Source of the DNA: Felis catus
Taxonomy: Eukaryota
Direction: 5' to 3'
Assembly: GCF_018350175.1 (NCBI RefSeq)
Contig: NC_058373.1
Span: 118,422,001-118,486,000 of the forward strand
DNA length: 64,000 nt
In this document: positions 51,555 through 63,966 of the stretch, in pieces
Layout: every line of letters starts with the position of its first letter
How positions within the stretch are numbered: the first letter of the stretch is position 1
Program-made: the position numbers and the translations under genes
Notes under the pieces: model-generated
Seen by the model: only the letters and a program-made list of their open reading frames with translations
What the model was told of the DNA's origin: nothing
The model's database searches: none

Positions 51555-52319
51555 ATAGTACCAAATGTAAATATTTTTCATCTGAAGTTCAAAGCATAGC
51601 TCTGTAAATTACAGTTCACATACCTATTCTAAATAATAAGACACTAAATCAGAGTTAAAACATGTAGCTTCTGTGCTTTTTATAAGTTACTTAAGATGAA
51701 AGTCAAATAAATTCCCATGTAAACTAACTCTCATCCTCTTCAGCAAAAAAATCAAGCTACCTAGAATATAGCAAAGAACTCCAGTAAGAGGAAAGATCTC
51801 AAGTATCTGCATATGCACATTAGAAAATCACCAGAAAACTGAAGAATAAACTACCGAGATGTGATCCTTTGAGAATACACAGCTTATGGTCAAAATAAGC
51901 AAAAAGAAGGGCCAAGTCGGACATCAAAGTAAACATCAAGAATAGAAAGCTCCAACCAATCCCATCTTGCCCCTTGCATCCTCTGAGAATGGTCTGACTC
52001 TGGTATAACTCACATATTTGATTAGGGCATACCTAAGTAATTCATTCCATAAAGGAGTGAAAGGTATGTAAGGGGTGAATCCAAATTTAGTCCTATCTGA
52101 AACTTTATTGAGCTCAAGTACCAGAAGTTTCCAGGTGTGGGAGCAGTGCTCTGCTTATCCAGGTGTGCTCTCACCTCATGAGACGCTGCCCTCTGGCACA
52201 CTCTATAGGCAAAGTTAAGTCAAGTCAACACACTGCTCTCCACCAGAAACCAAGACACCTGTTTTAAACTGTGAAAACATTTGGGTCACAATTAGCACTT
52301 AAAGAGGACGAGAAAAGTA

Positions 52320-52768
52320 GGGGCACCAGGATGGCTCAGTTGGTTACACATCCAACTTCGGCGCAGGTCATGATCTCGCGGTTCATGGGTTGGAGCCCCC
52401 ACATCAGGCTCTGGGCTGACAGCTCAGCCCAAAGCCTGCTTCAGATTCTGTGCCTCCCTCTCTCTGCCCCTCCCCCACTCACACTCTGTGTGTCTCTCTC
52501 TCTCAAGAAGAAATAAAACATTTTTTTTTAATTTTTTTAAAGAGAGAAAGAGGGGCGCCTGGGTGGCTCAGTCAATTGAGCATCCGACTTCGGCTCGGGT
52601 CATGATCTCGCGGTCCGTGAGTTCGAGCCCTGCATCGGGCTCTGTGCTGACAGCTCAGAGCCTGGAGCCTGTTTCGGATTCTGTGTCTCCCTCTCTCTCT
52701 GGCCCTCCCCTATTCACGCTCTGTCTCTCTCTGTCTCAAAAATAAATAAACGTTAAAAAAAAATTAAA
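52320..52768 (+). mobile_element. Two tandem Can-SINEs (52320, 52552)
   Basis: Two heads and tails. Confidence 0.93.
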
Positions 52769-53099
52769 GAGAGAGAGAGAAGTAAAATGGAAGAGATGAG
52801 TGCATCACCTATATTAAGGATGAATACCAATCTCATTTTTCTTTCAACTCTGTGTATGGGGGGCAGGTCACCATATCAAAAATGTTTAAAATTCACTGCT
52901 GTAAGGAAATGCTTGTATGTTTACACCTGAAGACAAGCAAATATATGTGTGCAATACCAACAAAATGGAAATAAAACAAATGTCCACCTTTAGAAGAAAA
53001 GGTAAATTGTGGTACAGTCTTACAACGAATACATATATCTGAGAAAATGAATCATGGTTACACACACTGATATGGATGAATCTTAAAAACAGAATACTG

Positions 53100-53287
53100 A
53101 GGTGTGCCTGGGTGTCTTAGCTGGTTAAGCGTCTGGCTCTTGATTTTGGCTCAGGTCATGATCTCACAGTTCGTGGGTTTGAGACTCACATCGGGCTCTG
53201 TGCTGACAGTGCGGAGCCTGCTTGGGATTCCCTGTCTCTGTCTCTGTCTCTGTCTCTCTCTCTTTCAAAATAAACTTAAAAAAAAAT
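53100..53287 (+). mobile_element. Can-SINE within an L1ME-like fragment
   Basis: TSD core aatactga. Confidence 0.88.
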
Positions 53288-53769
53288 ACTGATTAGCCAA
53301 AGCAAATAAAAATATATATGTAGTATATGTATATATGTGTAACATGGTTCCATTTTTACATCTAAAAAATAGGCAATACTAAACAATATAGTTTTGAAAT
53401 ACATACAAATGCAGTAAACTTAAAAGAAGGGAATAATAAAACCAAAATAAATTTCTGAATAGTTTCATCCCCAGTGGAGAGGCAGGTGAGTGGAAATCAA
53501 GGAGAAATATACCAACAATATTGGTGATGTTCTATTCCTTAACCTGGGTGATGAGTTCACAGCTATTGGTTTTATTACATGCTTCATTACTTACATACAC
53601 AGTACCATATTCTCGTCTGCGTATTAAATACTTCATAATGGGAAGGGAAAACAGAAAAGGAAAAGAGAGGGGAAGGAAAAAGAAGGATGGACACCTATAA
53701 CATAGGTCAACATGCACCTCCTATCTCTCCCTGGGCAGGCAATGTAAAGTCCCATTAAATATAAGCTTC

Positions 53770-54892
53770 GTTCTGGGAATGCCAGCTGGTGCAGCCACTC
53801 TGGAAAACAGTATGGAGGTTCCTCAAAAAACTAAAAATAGAACTACTCTACAACCCAGCCATTGCACTACTAGGCATTTATCCATGGGACACAGGTGTGC
53901 TGTTTCGAAGGGACACATGCACCCCCATGTTTATAGCAGCACTATCAACAATGGCCAAAGTTTGGGAAAAGCCCAAATGCCCATCAATGGATGAATGGAT
54001 AAAGAAGATGTGGTAAATACATACAATGGAATATTACTCAGCAATCAAAAAGAATGAAATCTTGCCATTTACGACTACATGGATGGAACTGGAGAGTATT
54101 ATGCTAAGTGAAATTAGTCAGTCAGAGAAAGACAAAAATCATATGACTTCACTCATATGAGGACTTTAAGAGTCAAAACAGGGGCGCCTGGGTGGCGCAG
54201 TCGGTTAAGCGTCCGACTTCAGCCAGGTCACGATCTCGCGGTCCGTGAGTTAGAGCCCCGCGTCAGGCTCTGGGCTGATGGCTCGGAGCCTGGAGCCTGT
54301 TTCCGATTCTGTGCCTCCCTCTCTCTCTGCCCCTCCCCCGTTCATGCTCTGTCTCTCTCTGTCCCAAAAATAAATAAACGTTGGAAAAAAAAAATTAAAA
54401 AAAAAAAAAAAAGAGACAAAACAGATGAACATAAGGGAAGGGAAACAAAAATAATATAAAAACAGGGAGGGGGACAAAACAGAAGAGATTCTGGGGGCGC
54501 CTGGGTGGTGCAGTCGGTAAGCGCCCAACTTCAGCCAGGTCACGATCTCACGGTCCGTGAGTTCGAGCCCTGCGTCGGGCTCTGGGCTGATGGCTCAGAG
54601 CCTGGAGCCTGTTTCCGATTCTGTGTCTCCCTCTCTCTCTGCCCCTCCCCCGTTCATGCTCTGTCTCTCTCTGTCCCAAAAATAAATAAACGTTGAAAAA
54701 AAAAATTTTAAAAACAGAAGAGATTCTGAAATATAGAGAGCAAAGAAAGGATTGCTGGAGGGGTTGTGGGAGGGGGGATGGGCTAAATGGGTAAGGGGCA
54801 TTAAGGAATCTACTCCTGAAATCATTGTTTCACTATATGCTAACTAATTTGGATGTAAATTTTAAAAAATAAAAAATCAAATTAAAAAAAAT
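53770..54892 (+). mobile_element. Felid L1 3' fragment carrying two young SINEC_Fc (54181-54413, 54494-54712)
   Basis: L1 TSD atataagcttc at 53759-53769 and 54893-54903; SINE TSDs aagag(t/a)caaaaca and aaaacagaagagattctg. Confidence 0.93.
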
Positions 54893-54984
54893 ATATAAGC
54901 TTCATCCAGAAACCCCACTAAAACATAAGATTTTTTTTTAAGAGCACAAACCTGAAATGAAGGCAATTTTTCTATCCTCAGTTT

Positions 54985-55208
54985 AAAAAAAAAAATTTTT
55001 TTTAACGTTTATTTATTTTTGAGACACAGAGAGAGACCGAGCATGAACGGGGGAGGGGCAGAGAAAGGGGGAGACACAGAATCGGAAGCAGGCTCCAGGC
55101 TCTGAGCCATCAGCCCAGAGCCCGACACGGGGCTCGAACTCATGGACCGCGAGATCGTGACGTGAGCTGAAGTCGGACGCTAAACCGACTGAGCCACCCA
55201 GGCGCCCC
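54985..55208 (-). mobile_element. Young Can-SINE
   Basis: TSD tctatcctcagttt. Confidence 0.95.
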
Positions 55209-55598
55209 TCTATCCTCAGTTTTTAAAAATTAAGATGATACCTGATGTAATATAAGAAAAAGGAAAGTAACTTAAAATAATACATTATAATATGTAAATG
55301 CTCAGGTATAACCATCCTAGATTTCATATTATTAAGGAAATAGACACTGGCACATATACACAGAAATGCCATGCACACGACATCTACAAAGTAGACGGAC
55401 ACAAATGAGTTGTACTGGAAAATCAGATGCCAAAAGGGGCAATGCCATCGGTAATACGATTTTCCAAAACAGTTAACAACTCATTAAAGTTCTGAACAAA
55501 ACAAAGTACAATGTAAGACTAAGTAGTTGCATTCCTGGAAAATTTAGTGTCTATTAAAACCATACAAAATACTACTTTGTTTAAATGTGTTTAAATGT

Positions 55599-55895
55599 GG
55601 GGTGCCTGGGTGGCCCAGGCTGTTAAGTGTCTGACTTCCACTCAGGTCATGATCTCACAGTTCATGAGTTCAAGCCCCATGTCTGGCTCCGTGCTGACAG
55701 CTCAGAGCCTGGAGCCTGCTTCAGATTCTGTGTCTCCCTCTCTCTCTCTATGCTCCTTCCTCACTTGCGCTCTCTCTCAAAAATAAACATTAAAAACAAT
55801 ATGTTTGTTTTTTTATTTGGTTTGGTGCAAAAAGGTGATTTTATTAAAGCAAGAGGACAGGACCCATGGGCAAAAAGCTGCAAAAAAACCTTTTT
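55599..55895 (+). mobile_element. Can-SINE whose tail holds a reverse polyadenylated LTR fragment (55804-55881)
   Basis: SINE TSD aatgtgtttaaatg; see finding. Confidence 0.85.
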
Positions 55896-56332
55896 TAATG
55901 TGTTTAAATGCATAACAGAATTAACATCAGATAAGTGCAAACAGGTTTTTCACCTACAAGATCTGGGAAAAAGTTCAAAAATCATGCAGAACTGTCTCCA
56001 ACATTGTAAAATATATGGCATTTTTGGCTCCTGCTCATTGAATGCCAATAATATATACCCACCCCACCTTCATTACTGTGGCAACCAAAAGTGCACCTTC
56101 AAAAATTCAAACATTCATAGGGGTACTGACCCCACTGAAAACCAGTGACTACAAGAAAGGATAAGTCCCAGTGTGGCCTCCATACAGCCTTTATTTTCAT
56201 GACACCATAAAGCTGAATGTAATGATAAAGCCTACCCAATTTCTAACTTTGGCAAAGAAGAAATCCTCATACAGCGAAGAAATTTATTATTAGAGAAAGT
56301 ATAAAGGCAGATTAAAACACAAGGATACTTAC

Positions 56333-56416
56333 CCTAAATGAAATTGATACATTAAACCAAAGGTTGGCAATTTTTTCACCCATGTGACATCAATCTTTGA
56401 GGGCAGTGTTATTTTG
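56333..56416 (-). other. Candidate cassette exon (84 nt)
   Basis: Minus strand catttgttgtattttag|CAAAATAAC...CATTTAGG|gtaagt: consensus donor and a reasonable acceptor in non-repeat sequence. Confidence 0.35.
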
Positions 56417-56706
56417 CTAAAATACAACAAATGTCCCAATTGAAAAGCACTGTAACACTCAAAACATGTTATAGTTTACAGAGCATTATTTAATTTGAAT
56501 CTTTATAGCAATTCTATGAGACAGATACCATTATTCTTTTTATATTACTTATAAGGAGAACAACAAAAAAAGGTCAAAGTCACAGAGCTGGTAAACTGAG
56601 AGACAGGACTTCAAGTCCTCGGATTTCAAATCCTGTGTTCTTTCCATCAAACTATACTGCTTCCCAAAGATTCAATATGGCAATACAGATAAAAAGAAAC
56701 TCACTA

Positions 56707-56920
56707 GGATACCTAGGTGGCTCAGTCGGTTGAGCATCCAACCTCGGCTCAGGTCATTACCTCACGATTCATGAGCTGGAGCCCCACATTGGACTCTGTG
56801 CTGACAGCATGGAGCACGCTCGGGATTCTCTCTCTCCTTCTCTCTGCCCCTCCCCACCTTGTGCTGTCTCTGTCTCTCTCTCTCTCTTTCTCTCAAAATA
56901 AATAAATTAAAAAAAAAAAC
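56707..56920 (+). mobile_element. Can-SINE
   Basis: Head and tail. Confidence 0.9.
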
Positions 56921-57009
56921 AACTCATCAGTCAATACAACAGAAATGTATTTTGATGTATCACAGACAGTTGTACTACCCATAGTAGTTATTTCTGAATA
57001 TGAGAAATT

Positions 57010-57448
57010 TTTAAAGATTTTTAAGTAATCTCTACACCCAACATGGAGTTCAAATTTATAATCCCCAAATCAAGAGTCACAGGGGTGCCTGCGTGACTCA
57101 GTCAATTAAGCATCCAACTCTTGATTTCAGCTCAGATCATAATTTCACAGTTCATGGGATCAATCCCTGCATCAGGCTCTGTGCTGTCAGATTCTCTCTC
57201 TCCCTCTCTCTCTGCCCCTCCCCCCACTCATATGCGCCCGCACCCTCTAATAAATAAACTTTTTTTTAAAAGAGTTGGGGTGCCTGGGTGGCTCAGTCGG
57301 TTGAGCAGCCAACTACAGCTCAGGTCATGATCTTGCGGTCTGTGAGTTCGAGCCCCACGTGGGGCTCTGTCCTGAGAGCTCAGAGCCTGGAGCCTGCTTC
57401 CAATTCTATGTCTCCCTTTCTCTCTGCCCCTTCTCTGATTGCTCTCAG

Positions 57449-57505
<57 letters not shown>

Positions 57506-57576
57506 AATAATGAATAAAAAATTTAAAAAAAAAGAGAGAGTTGCATGCTCCACTGACTAAGCCAGCCAGACACCCC
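57010..57576. mobile_element. Short SINE (minus) split by two plus-strand Can-SINEs (57082, 57277)
   Basis: Outer element resumes at gagagttgcatgctccactgactaagccagcc. Confidence 0.85.
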
Positions 57577-58276
57577 AGAAAAAAGTAAAATTTTAGCAAT
57601 TACCATGATATATAGTATGTAATTACTTCCTAACATCGAAAAGGTTCTGGATCGCAATTTTAATCAATCTTCTACTTAATCCAACATTCCAGAACCACAC
57701 CATTGATTCTGAGAGTTAAAGGGTTAACAATGTATTTTTTTAAAACCTTTCCATTTGGGGAGACATGCATAACCATTAAAAACTTTATAAAATCTCGGCT
57801 TAACCACAGCACCTCTAACGTAGTTACTAGATCAGTCCTTTCAGAATAAATTCTCTGAAGTTCATTTGAGGATAACAAAATGATGAGATGGCATACTGAG
57901 TTAGTTCTCATTCATGACTGGTAGATTACTTTAAAACTCTAAATAGTATTGTGCTATGCTTCTTAATTGATAATACACTTTCATAGATCCAAACACTCAT
58001 GTGCACACAATAGTTTACAATATAAGACAAAAATAAAAGCAAAGGCATACTCAGAGTTTGATGTAAAAGGAAAAAGGAAGTAGTATATCTTATTATTTCA
58101 ACTGAAGTAATAAGGAAGATCATTTATCAGCAAGCACAATCTTCTTAGACTCATCTCTAAAGGGCAGAATAATATAGTCTTCCTAAAAAGTAATAGACAA
58201 TAATCTACAAGACTCAACTCTCCACTAAATTGAATCCAAAACCCAAGAATAATAATTTGGCATTTCTATTGTATGT

Positions 58277-58717
58277 CTTTTAATGTTTATTTATTTTGAG
58301 AGAGAGAGAAAGAGAGAGTGCATGTGTGGAGAGGGGGGTGCAGAGAGAGAGGGAGAGAGAGAATCCCAAGCAGGCCCCATACTCAGCATGGAGCTTGATG
58401 CAGGGCTTGATCCCACAACTGTGAGATCACAACCTGAACCAATATCAAGAGTTGAAGGCTTAACCAACTGAGCCACCCAGGAACCCCTGGACATTTCTTT
58501 TTTTTTTTTTTTTTAATGTTTTTATTTATTTTTGAGACACAGAGTGTGAGCAGGGGAGGAACAGAGAGAGACAGAGAGGGAGACACAGAATCCGAAGCAG
58601 GCTCCAGGCTCTAAGCGGTCAGCACAGAGCCCAACGTGGGGCTTGAACTCATGAGCAGAGAGATCATGACCTGAGCCAAAGTCAGAAGCTTAACCAGGTG
58701 AGCCACCCAGGCGCCCC
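58277..58717 (-). mobile_element. Two tandem reverse Can-SINEs
   Basis: Heads end at 58487 and 58717. Confidence 0.92.
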
Positions 58718-59689
58718 TTGAATTTCTATTTTAAAAGAAACTATTTCTTTTCATCTATACTTCTAAATTCACAGGTAAAGTCTGAGTAGGGTGAAGACTT
58801 TAGGTAGTGAAAATATGCAAGCATATTAGTTATAAACTACACACATGCTGTCTTATAACATACTTTTTAAGATTTTATTTTTAAGTAATTTCTAGACCCA
58901 AACATGGAGCTTGAACTTACACAACCCCAAGATCAAGAGTCACATACTCTACAGACTGAGCCAGCCAGGAGCACCTGCCTTATATTTTATCTCACCATTT
59001 TGTTCCTCTTTCCCAAAGAAGAGTTATACTCAGTCATAACTATGCTTGTTTAAGCCAAAAACTCTACCTCAAACAAAACCCTAATTTTCTCCCTCATACA
59101 CACGGTCACTTCCCTTTTCCTGACTTGAAATTCACTCCATTACAACTTCCATAATCTCTGTGATATCTATACATACTGCACTGACTTTTTTTATTAGTAG
59201 CTAATGGAAAATATATGCAATAGAACTTAATATCAATTGTTTGAATATTTTAAAATGCCAGCACAAATACAAAGAATTAAGCACTTAAGCACTTTATTAT
59301 ATTGAAAAAAATTGCAATTCATCTTGAAAAACCTCAAATTCAAAGTTGCTAAGACACACATTAAAATTAGATTTAAATGTCTTACCCAAAAGCCTCAAAA
59401 CATGCCATAATCCCCAGACATATTTGCAGAAATTTCAAATACTGATTGACCAGTGTTTTGGGGTCATTATACATATAGATATGGATATGGAAATGGATAT
59501 AGATATAGATATCTGTCTAAACACAGAAACCAAAAAGGAATTACAGGACTTACTTGAAAATTTAAGAGCTGCCATATATAAAGCACTTATATAGGCTAGG
59601 CATTGTTCATAGAATTCAGATACAGTATGTATATAATCTCATTTCATCAGCATAAAAAACAAGAGGTAATGGCTATAATTCAAATTTCG

Positions 59690-59909
59690 TTTTTATTTTT
59701 TTAATATTTATTTTTGAGAGAGCAACAGAGTGCGAGCAGGGGAGGGCCAGAAAAGGTTGGGGGGGGGGGGTGGTGCATAGAATCCAAAGCAGGCTCCAGG
59801 CTCCCAGCTGTCAGCACAAAGCAGGACACAGGGCTCAAACCCACGAGTGGTGAGATCATGACCTGAGCTGAACTTGGACGCTCAACTGACTGAGCCACCC
59901 AGGAGCCCC
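59690..59909 (-). mobile_element. Can-SINE inside a MIR
   Basis: TSD ctataattc(a/c)aattt. Confidence 0.92.
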
Positions 59910-60271
59910 TATAATTCCAATTTTAAAGATGAAAAACCGTGACTTTCAAAGATTAAAAAGATTTCTACGTGGTGCAGTAAATTCACCCAAATAACAATAT
60001 ACAAAATATGTCAAATACATAAATAAACAATGCATAACTAGCTCAAAAATGAACATAAATCTCTCTCAAGCAGCACTAAGAAACATAAATGCAAATTGGC
60101 AAGCAGTGCTAAAGCCACGAACCCACTAGGGTCCTAGTCCAGAAACAGTGGCAGCTGGAAGTTTGGCTTCCCTGGGGAACAGGGACTAAAAGTGCTCCAT
60201 ATAAGACAGAGGGTTTATCAGAGCTAAGCCAGAGCAAGGGCTGGGGTAGGGCTCCCTCATAAAGAAAACTC

Positions 60272-60638
60272 GGGGTGCCTGGCTGGCTCAGTCAGTGGAG
60301 CATGCGACTCTTGAGCTCAGGGATGTGAGTTCAAGCCCCACAATGGATACAGAGATTACTTACAAATAAAATCTTTAGGGGCGCCTGGGTGGTGCAGTCG
60401 GTTAAGCGTCCGACTTCAGCCAGGTCACAATCTCGCGGTCCGGGAGTTCGAGCCCCGCGTCAGGCTCTGGGCTGATGGCTCGGAGCCTGGAGCCTGTTTC
60501 CGGTTCTGTGTCTCCCTCTCTCTCTGCCCCTCCCCCGTTCATGCTCTGTCTCTCTCTGTCCCAAAAATAAATAAACGTTGAAAAAAAAAATTAAAAAAAA
60601 AAAATTAATAAAATAAAATCTTTAAAAAAAAAAAAAAA
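60272..60638 (+). mobile_element. Short SINE with young SINEC_Fc (60378-60607) in its tail
   Basis: TSD aaataaaatcttta. Confidence 0.93.
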
Positions 60639-60909
60639 GAACACAACTTGCCAACTCTGCCTGGAGGTATGGTTTATACTAAATCACTCCAATGAAGGTT
60701 GCAGGACACAGACCCAGCTTCAAAACCAAAAAAGTAACCAGGCCACCTGCTAGCTCTGTGACTAGATCTGCAATATCCACACTATCACCAATATCTCTGA
60801 AGGGCAAGAACTCTAAACCTGGTTCTAGAATTGGAGTCCACAGGCAAGCATAAAATTTCTATACGAGGAGGGAGGTGAACACAGAGGGACAGTAAAAGCT
60901 CACTACGTC

Positions 60910-63110
60910 TCAATAATATTTGCAAATGGTATATCTGAAAAGGGGTTAATATTCAAAATATATAAAGAATGTATATAACTCAACGCTAAAAATAAACATA
61001 ATAATAATAATCTGATTAAAATGGGCAGAGGGCCACACCCAAAAAATAATCCAGTGAAGAATGGGCAAAAGACATGAATAGATACTTCTCCAAAGAAGAC
61101 ATCCAGATGGCCAACCGACACATGAAAAAATGCTTAACATCACTCATCATCAGGGAAATACGAATCAAAACCACAATGAGATACCACCTCACACCTGTCA
61201 GAATAACTAACATTAACAACTCAGGCAACAACAGATGTTGGCAAGGATGCAGAGAAAGAGGATCTCTTTTGCATCGTTGGTGGGAATGCAAGCTGGTGCA
61301 GCCACTCTAGAAAACAGTATGGAGGTTCCTCAAAAAACTAAAAATAGAACTACCCTACAACCCAGCCATTGCACTACTAGGCATTTATCCAGGGGATACA
61401 GGTGTGCTGTTTCGAAGGGACATATGCACCCCCGTATTTATAGCAGCACTATCAACAATGGCCAAAGTATGGAAAGAGCCCAAATGTCCATCGATAGATG
61501 AATGGATAAAGAAAATGTGGTATATATATATACAATGGAGTATTACTCGGTAATCAAAAAGAATGAAATCTCGCCACTTGCAACTATGTGGATGGAACTG
61601 AAGGGTGTTATGCTAAGTGAAATTAGAGAAAGACAAAAATCATATGATTTCACTCACATGAGGACTTTAAGAGACAAAACAGATGAACATAAGGGAAGAG
61701 AAACAAAAATAATATAAAAACAGGGAGGGGGACAAAACAAAAGAGATTCATAAATATGGAGAACAAACTGAGGGTCGCTGGAGGGGTTGTGGGAGGGGGG
61801 ATGGACTAAATGGGTAAGGGGCATTAAGGAATCTATTCTCGAAATCATTGCTTCATGATATGCTAATTTGGATGTAAATTTTAAAAAATAAAAAAGTTAA
61901 ACAAAAAACAAACAAATAAATAAATAAATAATAAAATGGGCAGAGGGCCTGGGGCACCTGGGTGGCTCAGTCGGTTAAGTGTCCAACTTAAGCTCAGGTC
62001 ATGATCTCACAGCTGGTGGGTTCAAACCCCCCGTTGGGCTCTGTGCTGACAGCTTAGAGCCTGGAGTCTGCTTTGGATTCTGTGTCTCTGTCTCTCTCTA
62101 CCCCTCCCCCACTCATGTGCATGTGCTCGCACTCGCACTCTCTAGCTCTCAAAAATAAACAAACATTTAAAAAAATCTTTTAATGGGCAGAGGGCCTAAA
62201 TAGGTATTTTTCCAAAGAAGACATGCAGATGGCCAAGAGACACATGAAAAGATGCTCAACATTACTAATCATCAGAGAAATGCAAATCAAAACCACAATG
62301 AGCTATTACCTACACCAGTCAGAATAGCTACTATCCAAAAGAAAAGAAATAACAAGTGTTGGCGAGGATGTGGAGAAAAAAGAACCTGCATGCACTGTTG
62401 GTAGGAATGTAAATTGGTGCAACCACTATGGAAAACAGTAGAAAGGTTCCTCAAAAAATTAAAAATAGAAATACTATATGATCCAATAATTTCACTACTG
62501 GGTATTTACCAAAAGAAAGCAACACTATTCAAAAAGATATATGCATCTTTGTTCACTACAGCATTATTTACAATAGCCAAGACATGGAAGCAACCTCAGT
62601 GTCCATCGACAGATGAATGGATAAAGCAGATGTGTTACACACACACACATACAAGAGGAATATTACTCAGCCATAAAAAAGAATGAGGTCTTGCCACTTG
62701 CAACAATATGGACAGACCTGAAGGGCATTATGCTAAGTGAAATAAGTAAGACATCAAAAGACAAATACCACATGATTTCACTTATATGTGGAATCTAAAA
62801 AGCAAAACAAAATAGAAATGGACTTATAAACACAGAAAATAAATTAGTGGTTGCCAGAGGGGAGAGAACAGGAGATAGGCAGAATAGGTAAAGGGGATTA
62901 AGAGGTACAAACTTCCAGTTATAAAATAAATAAGTCATAGAGATGAAAAGTACAGCATTGGGAATATAGTTAATAACACCGTATGGTGACAGATGGTCAC
63001 TATATTTACTGAGATGAGCATTGTATAATGTATAGGATTGTCTAATTACTATATTGTGCACCTGAAATTAATATAACCTTGTATGTCAACCATACTTCAA
63101 TAATAAAAAC
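60910..63110 (+). mobile_element. Older L1 3' end containing a felid L1 fragment (61035-61931) and a Can-SINE (61951-62181)
   Basis: ORF2 C-terminal peptides ([31 protein letters not shown]); TSD taaaatgggcagagggcc at 61017-61034 and 61932-61949. Confidence 0.92.
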
Positions 63111-63512
63111 TTAAAGAAAATAATAGAAAATAATTAAATTATACTTTCCTTTAAAAAAAGAAGACAAATCTGTTATATTCTGGACATTCCATTCTCCATT
63201 TCCTGAATGTGTAACTAATTAAGACTTTCTGGTGCTTCCTCATACCCATGGGTATTTGTAAGATAAATCCTCGTTACTTAAAATAACCAGAAAAAACCTA
63301 CCACTTAATAATCATGATAATCTGAAAAGGGTTTTTTTTTTTTTTTTTAATGCAATAAAGTTACAAAAACCTATTTCTAACTGGTAGCCTTTGACAACTC
63401 CAAAACTAAAGCATACAGGTTGCCACAACTAAAGAAAAGTGTCTTTATAACTAAACTTGTTGATTATGTCTAAGCAAACTCTAAGTGATGCAGGATCTCT
63501 CAAATTTAGCCT

Positions 63513-63556
63513 TCCTATTATCAACCAGACACAGTCCTATTATCAACCAGACACAG
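63513..63556. repeat. Perfect 22-bp tandem duplication
   Basis: tcctattatcaaccagacacag twice. Confidence 0.95.
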
Positions 63557-63966
63557 GACTTTCCTACCACTAGGAAGGGAGTGGTTTCCAGCTTTAGGAT
63601 GACACAATTGAAAGGTTCCGAAAAGGAATTAAAAATAGTCTCTAGAAGGAATAACTCAGAATAAAAAGTGTTTTAGTAAAACAAACATCAAATTAGTAAT
63701 CCGTTACTTAAATTCTAGACCTACCTCTGTCACTAACTAGTTGTGTGACTTTGGCTAACCTAACTTAGGCTTCAGGTTCTTTTTCCCTACTAATTCTAAC
63801 ATTATAACATTCTTTAAAACACCTGACAGGAATGTTTGCTCCACATAAACAAATTCCAAATTTTCATGTTTTCTAAAGTTTCAAAGAACTTTACAAATGC
63901 TAATGATGCCTATCACTCTCTCCTCCCAAAAAAGTCACATAAGTAGAATCTAAAACATTTCCTTGA

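Noticed and set aside
55627..56148. Longest ORF in the window (173 aa)
   Set aside because: Runs through a SINE, an LTR fragment and a hAT-like relic; chance open frame
967..59898. Recurring short ORFs with motifs such as GHDLAVREFEPRV and SAQVMISQF, looking like a peptide family
   Set aside because: They are translations of Can-SINE copies
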